Part shown: positions 8,945 through 15,540 of the stretch, piece after piece
How the letters are laid out: every line of letters starts with the position of its first letter
Position numbering within the stretch: the first letter of the stretch is position 1
From: Candidatus Culexmicrobium cathedralense
Lineage (GTDB): Archaea; Thermoproteota; Methanomethylicia; Culexarchaeales; Culexmicrobiaceae
DNA length: 25,645 bases
Assembly: GCA_025061115.1 (NCBI GenBank)
Contig: JANZKC010000006.1
Coordinates: 1-25,645 of the forward strand
Reading direction: 5' to 3'
The notes under the pieces: generated by a model
Told to the model about the DNA's origin: nothing
The model's input: only the letters and a program-made list of their open reading frames with translations
Databases searched by the model: none
Translations under genes and position numbers: made by a program

Positions 8945-9757
8945 ATGCTAGCCATAGCGCCCAGATACGATGAAGCTACGGAGTACAGCTACAAGTGGAT
9001 TAAAAAACTCATGGAAGAGCTGGAAGCAGAATACACACCACTATTCGAGAGCGACGCTACTAGAGAGAACTTCGAAAAAGAAGTTGAAAACCACAGCATA
9101 GTTGTCTTCTACGATCACGGAGATGAAGTGGGGCTTTACGCTCAAGGCGGACGTACATATGTAATCGACAAGCGGAACAACCACCTACTCAAAGGCAAGA
9201 TAATCTACACGATGGCTTGCCTGTGGGGCATAGACGGTGGAATAGACACGTGGAAAAAAGGAGCAAAAGTAGTCTGGGCATATAAGGACGTGTTTGCATT
9301 CACAAACTACGACGAGGAGCTATTCATGGAATGCGCAAACTACGGCTTAATAATAGTCATTAAAGAAGGAGTTTCATGGGAGGAAGCGGTGGAAAAAGCC
9401 AAAAAGAAGTTCGACGAGGCAATTGAAAAGGCTGAAGACGGTTGGACTAAAATCTGGCTCAGACACGACAGAGATGCACTCGTATGCTACACCGAAAATA
9501 ATCCTCCAGAAACAAGCACATGCATGCTCAGGCAACTTGCAATAAAGCTGTTCGGAGCAAAGCGAGCGTGGAAACTGCGTAGAGCCAAAGTCTTCGCTTT
9601 AATGCTTACATGTGTAGGATACGGCATTGCACTTCACGACTTCGCCCATCAAGTTTGGGAGCTGAAGGGCACTTCCTTAAGCCTTGAAGGCGGATACATT
9701 GGATTCATAATGATGCTGGCAGGTCTTCTCCTACTATTTTTAGACCACAAGGTTTAA
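8945..9757 (+). CDS. Putative clan CD (caspase/gingipain/CHAT-like) cysteine peptidase with C-terminal TM helices
   Basis: IVVFYDHG and IIYTMAC: His-Gly and Ala-Cys, each after a hydrophobic strand, about 35 aa apart. Two C-terminal hydrophobic segments. Confidence 0.6.
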   Translation: MLAIAPRYDEATEYSYKWIKKLMEELEAEYTPLFESDATRENFEKEVENHSIVVFYDHGDEVGLYAQGGRTYVIDKRNNHLLKGKIIYTMACLWGIDGGIDTWKKGAKVVWAYKDVFAFTNYDEELFMECANYGLIIVIKEGVSWEEAVEKAKKKFDEAIEKAEDGWTKIWLRHDRDALVCYTENNPPETSTCMLRQLAIKLFGAKRAWKLRRAKVFALMLTCVGYGIALHDFAHQVWELKGTSLSLEGGYIGFIMMLAGLLLLFLDHKV

Positions 9758-9792
9758 ATATACTCTTAAACATGTATTGTATAGGTGATAAT

Positions 9793-9981
9793 ATGCCGAG
9801 CGGTGAAAAGAAGCCGAAAATGAAGCTGGTGCACCTATCAATACGTGAAGACCTATACGAAAAGCTCTGGCAGATAGTCAAGAAGAGGTTTGTAGTGCCG
9901 CTGAGGAAGTTCCACATAGTCGTTAATGAGGCGCTGGAAGAGTACATTGAGAAGAACAAGCACTTACTAGAGGATAATTAA
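9793..9981 (+). CDS. Ribbon-helix-helix DNA-binding protein
   Basis: KLVHLSIREDLYEKL...VVNEALEEYI RHH pattern. AGGTGA RBS before ATG 9793. Confidence 0.75.
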   Translation: MPSGEKKPKMKLVHLSIREDLYEKLWQIVKKRFVVPLRKFHIVVNEALEEYIEKNKHLLEDN

Positions 9982-10000
9982 ACCACATCTATTTTTTAAA

Positions 10001-10016
10001 CCATAAGGTTTAAATA
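10001..10016 (+). promoter_or_regulatory. Conserved BRE+TATA promoter, followed by inverted repeat GCCCCCAC...GTGGGGGGC (10022-10046)
   Basis: Identical to 6752-6767. Heads the 10038-11865 operon. Confidence 0.72.
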
Positions 10017-10037
10017 TACAAGCCCCCACATATTAGA

Positions 10038-10301
10038 GTGGGGGGCGAAAAAGTGAAGATTAAAAGTTATGATGAAGCAACTGACATGTCGGTTGGATTT
10101 GTAGTTATAGAGGACTTAGGCAATGCGCAGCAAGTAACCATCAACACGGAAAAGCTTAGGCAAATTCTGAGGATAATTACTAGCATGGAGAAGCTGGGAT
10201 TCACAGAAGTAACTATAACTGTTGAGAGCGGCTATCCGCTCGTAATTGGCGGAAAGAAAATTGGAATTGCAATTGTGCCAGTATATGAGGGGGGCGGGTG
10301 A
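10038..10301 (+). CDS. Small hypothetical protein, possibly a single sliding-clamp-like subdomain
   Basis: INTEKLRQIL...EVTITVESGYPLVI...IAIVPV. Start may be GTG 10053. Confidence 0.6.
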   Translation: MGGEKVKIKSYDEATDMSVGFVVIEDLGNAQQVTINTEKLRQILRIITSMEKLGFTEVTITVESGYPLVIGGKKIGIAIVPVYEGGG

Positions 10302-10526
10302 AAAGTGAAGAATGAAGTTGTTAGGGTAAAGCTACCATATCCTCCATTCGAAATCTACAAGCCATACAGGGAGCTGCTCAACGAAGTGAGGGGAAGCTTC
10401 CTTGAGGATGCTCTAAGGAAAATGAGGGAGACTGGCAGGAGCCATGCCGAAGTAAAGTGCCCGTGCTGCGGACGCATAATCAGAATAACGATTCAAGAGG
10501 TTGAGGGGGGTGGGTGAAAAGTGAAG
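10286..10526 (+). repeat. 25-bp gene-junction repeat (10286-10310 and 10502-10526)
   Basis: TGAGGGGGGYGGGTGAAAAGTGAAG, 1 mismatch. Encodes EGGG-stop, the RBS and a GTG start. Confidence 0.85.
10305..10517 (+). CDS. Small hypothetical protein with CPCC motif
   Basis: 70 aa, GGGTGA RBS, within the operon. Confidence 0.65.
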   Translation: MKNEVVRVKLPYPPFEIYKPYRELLNEVRGSFLEDALRKMRETGRSHAEVKCPCCGRIIRITIQEVEGGG

Positions 10527-11063
10527 CTCCTAGAAGTATTTAAGGACTTTCAAGTTGAAGTGATAGGCTCAAGCCAGCACGGCAGATACAGGGCACTATA
10601 CATTGTTGAGCCTAAGCCAAATCACGAGCCAATAACAGTAGAAGACCTGAAGGAATACGTTGAGAAGCTGAGGCAGAAATATCCAGACAGGGGATTCTAC
10701 TTGAGAAAGTACAAGAACTTCATTGTGCTAACCCAAAAGACAGTCATAGCTCCTAGAGGCGTTCAAGGAGAAATCAAGCGCACTAGAAGGCAGCTTAAAA
10801 TGTACATGAAGCTGCTGATGCCATCTCCAGTTGACTTGTGGATGATCCACCTATTAAGGGAAAAGCTGAGGAAGCTTAGCAGCAAAGTGAAAGTAAAGAA
10901 GGATGCCGTGCCGATTTACTTCGACCTTGAAAGCCAGAAGATCTACGTTCCAAAAACCTACGTTGAGAGGAAGCCTAAGCTGGTGAACTACATATTGATG
11001 CGCACGCTCGGAGCACTTGGAGTTGCAAGAACAAGGTATGACAAGATTATTGGGAGGGCGTAG
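10521..11063 (+). CDS. Basic hypothetical protein
   Basis: 180 aa, K/R-rich, GGGTGA RBS. Confidence 0.75.
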   Translation: MKLLEVFKDFQVEVIGSSQHGRYRALYIVEPKPNHEPITVEDLKEYVEKLRQKYPDRGFYLRKYKNFIVLTQKTVIAPRGVQGEIKRTRRQLKMYMKLLMPSPVDLWMIHLLREKLRKLSSKVKVKKDAVPIYFDLESQKIYVPKTYVERKPKLVNYILMRTLGALGVARTRYDKIIGRA

Positions 11064-11067
11064 GAAG

Positions 11068-11283
11068 ATGGAGCTAAAAACATTCATAGAGAAAAACTGT
11101 GAAAAGTGCCCCTACAGGGAAAACTGCAGCGCACTATGCTACAAGGATGAGCCATACCACTGGGACAGGCTGGTCTATGAATGCCCAGCCGTAGAAAACT
11201 TCATCAAAGAATTAATAGAGAAAAAGGAAGTGGAAAAATGGAGAAAGCACGTGAAAACCATAATAGACGTTATAACGGGATGA
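11068..11283 (+). CDS. Small Cys-rich metal-binding protein
   Basis: CEKC-x5-C-x3-C...C. Start moved to ATG 11068, just after the upstream stop. Confidence 0.65.
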   Translation: MELKTFIEKNCEKCPYRENCSALCYKDEPYHWDRLVYECPAVENFIKELIEKKEVEKWRKHVKTIIDVITG

Positions 11284-11405
11284 AAATGAACATAAAGAAC
11301 CCATATGTGAGGGACGCAATATGGTTTCTAGCCTTCAGAGAGCGTAGAAAAACTACATGTGTAAAAGAGGAGAAAAAGGAAGGGTGCAGCAGTGATTGTA
11401 GTTAG
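11280..11405 (+). CDS. Possible 41-aa microprotein
   Basis: ATGA overlap with the upstream gene. Fills the gap in the operon. Confidence 0.35.
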   Translation: MKMNIKNPYVRDAIWFLAFRERRKTTCVKEEKKEGCSSDCS

Positions 11406-11865
11406 GTTTACTGAGGATCTGGCTATATTCGAGGATTGGCTTAGAGAACTTATTCAGATGCATTTCTCGCCGTCGTGGGAGCACTACCCATTAAATATAA
11501 GCACGCACGTCCAGACGCCGTATGGAAGGGAGTGCGACTTAATAATTTCGAATAAGAAGGGGACTTCAGTTCTATGCGAGCTTAAAGACTGGACGGTTAA
11601 AGACACATTACAGCAAGTAATCGTGAGGAGACCGTGCTTTGACTTTGCATATGCAGTCATTAATCAGCCGACCTATCAAATACTGAACATGCTTAGAAAG
11701 ATGGGTAAAGAGAGGCTTGAGAGGATATTGTCGCTGGGTATAGGCATCATAAGCAGCAGAGACAACGTCATTTTAGTGAGGAGCTACAGGATAAAGAAGC
11801 ACGCAAAGGAGTTGATTCCAATAATAGGTGAAATATTGAAATCAGAGTTGGAGAGCGACAGCTGA
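11392..11865 (+). CDS. PD-(D/E)xK nuclease (possible Holliday-junction resolvase or restriction-like endonuclease)
   Basis: E...ECDLII...LCELK...QQ motif arrangement. Confidence 0.75.
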   Translation: MIVVRFTEDLAIFEDWLRELIQMHFSPSWEHYPLNISTHVQTPYGRECDLIISNKKGTSVLCELKDWTVKDTLQQVIVRRPCFDFAYAVINQPTYQILNMLRKMGKERLERILSLGIGIISSRDNVILVRSYRIKKHAKELIPIIGEILKSELESDS

Positions 11866-11901
11866 GCTGCGCTTCCGCTATTTACATATGTAATTTTTTT
11901 G
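11866..11901. terminator. Convergent intergenic region with TTACATATGTAA palindrome and T-tract
   Basis: Lies between the + and - strand operons. T7 run follows the palindrome. Confidence 0.5.
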
Positions 11902-12231
11902 CTACGCTCTTATCTGGATTCTGGGCTTGTAGCCGTGCTTCTTTCGGTAGTATTCTATTGAGAAGATCACTATGTCCTTCTTTTTGGGGCTGTAGCTTAA
12001 AACTATTTGTCCAGCATTGTGCAGTTCTGCTAGGATGTCTATTAGCAGTTTTCTTGGGGCTTTAAATTTCTTTTCCAGCTCTTTCAGGTAGAATTTGTCT
12101 CTCTTATGTTTTGCTAGCAGCTGGAAGTGCTCTAAGAGGTAGTCCAGCACTTCGTTTAGCAGCTTGTTCTTGTATATCCATAGGGTTAACTTGTAGTTTT
12201 TATCTTTCACCGCCAATTTCTCAGCCCCCAC
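11902..12231 (-). CDS. Winged-helix DNA-binding protein
   Basis: FYLKELEKKF...LLIDILAELHNAGQIVL wHTH pattern. Overlaps the end of the upstream wHTH gene. Confidence 0.65.
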   Translation of the reverse strand: MGAEKLAVKDKNYKLTLWIYKNKLLNEVLDYLLEHFQLLAKHKRDKFYLKELEKKFKAPRKLLIDILAELHNAGQIVLSYSPKKKDIVIFSIEYYRKKHGYKPRIQIRA

Positions 12232-12944
12232 CTGTTGATGAAGTGCTTTTTAAGCCCTATTTTCCACTTGCCAGTTACGTCTCTACATATGTAGATTACG
12301 CCTAGTTCACGCAGCCTCGCCAAGTCATTTTGCAGGCTTATCGAGTTGAAGCCGTATCTGACTGCCAGCTCTGTGGGGCTGTCCACGAGGATGAATGGCT
12401 GCCTAGTCTCCTTGAAGTGGTTAACTAATACTTCTACTACTTCTATTTGGTCAGCTGAGCAGTCATGCTCTTTGAGCCACACAACTGCATTGTGGAAGCT
12501 CCTTTGTGAATTTGATGTTTGTAAAGAATTAATTTTACATTTTCTCGTTTCTGTCATATTTCTGTCATATTTCTGACATATTTCTGTCACATTTCTGTCA
12601 TAATATAAATATATGATGTCTCTTATTTTATTATATTCAATGTAGTTTAATCTATTCTTAAAAATATAATCTATAATCTCTATTAATTCATGATTCAGAT
12701 AATATAATCCGTCATGGTAGAGCACTAAGCCGTACTTTCTCAATCTGTACAGTTGCCTGTAAACTGTCCTATACGGAATAGAAGTAGTAGTAGTAATAGC
12801 TGAGTATATCATGTTTAGGGTTTTAGGTTCGCCGAGAAGTATTTTCAGCAGTTCCACGCTTAATCCCCTTATTTTCTCCCACTGAACAGTAGTAGTAGTA
12901 GTAATAGGGGTGCTTACTTCAAGTGCTTTAAGCTTCAAGCTCAC
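12207..12944 (-). CDS. Double winged-helix protein, putative replication initiator or regulator
   Basis: N-terminal wHTH (RTVYRQLYRLRKYGLV) and C-terminal wHTH (SPTELA...LARLRELGVIY). The linker is encoded by tandem DNA repeats. Confidence 0.7.
   Translation of the reverse strand: MSLKLKALEVSTPITTTTTVQWEKIRGLSVELLKILLGEPKTLNMIYSAITTTTSIPYRTVYRQLYRLRKYGLVLYHDGLYYLNHELIEIIDYIFKNRLNYIEYNKIRDIIYLYYDRNVTEICQKYDRNMTETRKCKINSLQTSNSQRSFHNAVVWLKEHDCSADQIEVVEVLVNHFKETRQPFILVDSPTELAVRYGFNSISLQNDLARLRELGVIYICRDVTGKWKIGLKKHFINRWGLRNWR
12548..12602. repeat. 5 x 11-bp tandem repeat TTTCTGTCATA (iteron-like)
   Basis: Units start at 12548, 12559, 12570, 12581 and 12592, two with one mismatch. Very AT-rich tract at about 12603-12710. 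Confidence 0.92.
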
Positions 12945-13043
12945 CGCAAATCCCCTCTAAAAAGTAGTGAGAGCACATCTTAAGCCAAAAATATCTGGAT
13001 AACCAAATTTTAAATTGTTTTCCCTCAAAAATTCTAGAGTGAA

Positions 13044-13403
13044 CTATCTAAGATTCTCGAATAATGATGAGCTTCTAGTTGTTCTCCTGACCGTGAATCT
13101 TCTTGCGCTGAACATTCTCCTCTGCATGCCCATCAGCTTTGCACTTCTAATTATTTCGTCAACCATTTGATTGGCTTTCTTCCTAGCTTCATCTTCCAGC
13201 AGGTCTGGATTCGTGGCTCTAATTACCGTGAAGCATATGTCGAATAGGTCTGTCCTCGCCTGATCCTCATTTATTGCGCCGTCCAAGTACAGGTTGCACA
13301 CGTAAAGTATGCTGGCTGCAACTCCCATTCTGCTTTCCGCTCCAATCACTCCTGCGAGCAGGCTTAAAATTTTGGCTTGGAGGCTCAATTCACTCCCCCT
13401 CAA
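13044..13403 (-). CDS. Hypothetical alpha-helical protein with Arg-rich tail
   Basis: Part of the minus-strand operon. Start may be TTG 13388. Confidence 0.7.
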   Translation of the reverse strand: MRGSELSLQAKILSLLAGVIGAESRMGVAASILYVCNLYLDGAINEDQARTDLFDICFTVIRATNPDLLEDEARKKANQMVDEIIRSAKLMGMQRRMFSARRFTVRRTTRSSSLFENLR

Positions 13404-13533
13404 GCTCCTCTACTGCAAGTAATATTCCCCTCATAACTATATCTTCTATGGTTATTCCTACTTTTCTACTTAACTTCTGCAGCTTCTCCCACACTGCAGC
13501 TGGAATTATAATGTTTATCTCCTTAGAAGCCAT
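13390..13533 (-). CDS. 47-aa ribbon-helix-helix protein (absent from the ORF track)
   Basis: Manual translation MASKEINIIIPAAVWEKLQKLSRKVGITIEDIVMRGILLAVEELEGE. Fills the gap between flanking genes. Confidence 0.72.
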   Translation of the reverse strand: MASKEINIIIPAAVWEKLQKLSRKVGITIEDIVMRGILLAVEELEGE

Positions 13534-13903
13534 ACTTGTATCTCCTCTCCATCTTATTCTCCATTTTACGCAGCCTTCTCAAAATATTCTTTACAGTCCT
13601 CTTCTTCAACACTTCAATTACGTTCTGCTCCTCAGGTATAAGCTCAATAGTTATCCTTACGCCTCTGCCAGTGTCAGCTATCTCGCTAATCATCTTGCAC
13701 CTAATGCCTCTATCTAGAAGGTCGTGGTACCTCCACTGCCCATAGCGCTCAACTTCAGTGAGAGTCTTCCTGCAAATCAGCTTTAATATTGCCATGCCCT
13801 CCTGAAACTCCTTAGTTTTCTTCAGCTCCTCGTCTGGAAGCTCCTCAAAAACCTCGATTAAAGGCTTTTCCTTTCTAGGTCTCGGCATATGGAATACCCT
13901 CAC
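13523..13903 (-). CDS. Hypothetical protein
   Basis: Divergent from the capsid gene. Likely start is MPRPRKEK after an AGGTGAGG RBS. Confidence 0.7.
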   Translation of the reverse strand: MRVFHMPRPRKEKPLIEVFEELPDEELKKTKEFQEGMAILKLICRKTLTEVERYGQWRYHDLLDRGIRCKMISEIADTGRGVRITIELIPEEQNVIEVLKKRTVKNILRRLRKMENKMERRYKYGF

Positions 13904-13964
13904 CTATTTATATATTATCTCTCCACTTATATTTTTTGATTACACCTGTAAGAGGTGAAAATGA
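13904..13964. promoter_or_regulatory. Divergent promoter region of the capsid gene, with TACA box
   Basis: TTTATATA at 13907-13914, TTACACCTGTAA at 13940-13951, GAGGTGA RBS. Confidence 0.6.
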
Positions 13965-14339
13965 ATGCCTCTGTATAGGTCTGCCTTAGATATGTTTAAG
14001 AAATATCAAGCAAAGTACAATCCTACGGTAGTTAGCACTAGATTTGAGAATGTCCAGCAAATTGCATTGGACAGGGCTAATGCTGGATTAGGGATGATAG
14101 GGACTGTCAGAGACTTGATAAGACCAATCCTCGACTCTTACGGTGTTACTGGAGGTATCAGGGCAACCTATTTAGCGTTTGCAACTAAACTCGCTAAGCA
14201 CGCCCTTCGCCAGCAAGGTGACTCTGCAGTTAAGGTTGCCTCAGCCCTCAAGTCCTACTTCGTCAATGCATATGATTTAGATCCGTCCATCTGCGATGAA
14301 ATTATACAAGTAGTCACTGGCTGGGCTGTCGCCTATTAG
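13965..14339 (+). CDS. Major capsid protein, SIRV2/rudivirus type (Adnaviria fold)
   Basis: YQAKYNPTVVST, YGVTGGIRATYLAFATKL and LKSYFVNAYDLDP...IIQVVTG align by eye with my recollection of the rudivirus coat protein (WQAKF..NPTVAST, YGITGPNRAIYQGFGLKV, LKGYYISAFNANP...VVNIITG). Confidence 0.88.
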   Translation: MPLYRSALDMFKKYQAKYNPTVVSTRFENVQQIALDRANAGLGMIGTVRDLIRPILDSYGVTGGIRATYLAFATKLAKHALRQQGDSAVKVASALKSYFVNAYDLDPSICDEIIQVVTGWAVAY

Positions 14340-14369
14340 AGTGGCTGAATAAAAACTAATCAAAATCTG

Positions 14370-14398
14370 AACATAAGCCCCCCACATTTTTTTATGTT
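14370..14398 (+). terminator. Putative oligo-T terminator of the capsid gene
   Basis: T7 tract at 14387-14393 within an AACATAA...TTATGTT inverted repeat. Confidence 0.45.
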
Positions 14399-14475
14399 TA
14401 AAAATCACGTGGCTGAAGCTCCTTTTAGGCAGAAATTTTAAAAAAGCGTGGGCGCACTCTTTTTATTGATGACAT

Positions 14476-15540
14476 ATGGTTAAAGTAGAGTTTGGCGTTA
14501 TTTCAGGCTACGTTCCAAGCCTGCGGACGGTTGGAATGGACATTGCATATGCTCTTAACAAGCTTGGGCACTCAGCAAGGTATTACAGCTATCAAGTGCC
14601 GTACTATGATGCAAAGAAGCTCTTCAGCAAGGCAATAGTGTTCATTCCATTTGATCCGACGTACGTTGGCAACTGGTGCTTAATGGCAACTGAATACTGC
14701 AAGGCTAGGATACCAACAATCATGTACGTGACGGTTGAAGGCGTCCCAAAAAAGCGGTACATTAAAGACTGGATAGTCAGCGAATGCATGTACTATGCAG
14801 TGAGCGAATATGTAAAGGAAATGCTGGAGAAAGTTGGAGTTCCAGTAATTGACACAATATATCACGGAGTAAACTTTGACGACGTTAGAAAGGCTAAGGA
14901 AAACATTAGCTTTAAAAAGAAGCTCCTGCACTCAAAGGTGAATGCGAAAGTCATCTTCGGCACAGTTTCTTCCTCGCTTCCCCGCAAGGGATTAAAAATG
15001 CTTACACATGTAGCAAACTTAGTTGCAGAGGAAATTCCAGACGCAAAATTCTACGTCTTCACAAAGATTACGCCTGCAGGTCAAGTGCTGACTGGAAAGA
15101 ACATAATTGTAGATCAAAGATTTGGAAAGCTTACCCGTGATGAAGTTCTCAGCCTAATAGGCTCATTCGACTACTACTTATGTCCATCACATGCTGAGGG
15201 CTTCGGCTTGCCGCTGTTAGAGGCGAATGCAATGGGAGTGCCAGTAATCTGCGGGGAGTATAAGCCTTTGACGGAAATTACGTCGCCCAAATCAACGCTG
15301 TATGTGCCGATTTACGGAGTTGAAGAGAGGGATGACGGATACGGAATATTATTCACATATCACCTCTACAATGCAGATGACATGGCTGAGAAAGTCAAGG
15401 AAGCATATGAGATTTACATGAGTAATCAAGAAAAGTACCAGCAGATGTGCAGGGATGCAGAGGAGAACGCTAAGAAATTTGATATATTAAAGACATATAG
15501 CAAGTTTATTAGGTGCTTCAGCAGTGCCGATAGCCCCTAA
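14476..15540 (+). CDS. GT-B/GT4 glycosyltransferase
   Basis: IYHGV, RKG and EGFGLPLLEA motifs. Immediately after the MCP, as in rudiviruses. Confidence 0.92.
   Translation: MVKVEFGVISGYVPSLRTVGMDIAYALNKLGHSARYYSYQVPYYDAKKLFSKAIVFIPFDPTYVGNWCLMATEYCKARIPTIMYVTVEGVPKKRYIKDWIVSECMYYAVSEYVKEMLEKVGVPVIDTIYHGVNFDDVRKAKENISFKKKLLHSKVNAKVIFGTVSSSLPRKGLKMLTHVANLVAEEIPDAKFYVFTKITPAGQVLTGKNIIVDQRFGKLTRDEVLSLIGSFDYYLCPSHAEGFGLPLLEANAMGVPVICGEYKPLTEITSPKSTLYVPIYGVEERDDGYGILFTYHLYNADDMAEKVKEAYEIYMSNQEKYQQMCRDAEENAKKFDILKTYSKFIRCFSSADSP

Noticed and set aside
11392-11865. Firm hjc or cas4 assignment
   Set aside because: Only the generic PD-(D/E)xK core is visible. It lacks the Cas4 four-Cys pattern and I cannot confirm Hjc-specific motifs.
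13274-13745. Plus-strand ORFs of 147 and 69 aa
   Set aside because: Antisense shadows of three tightly packed minus-strand genes, with atypical composition.
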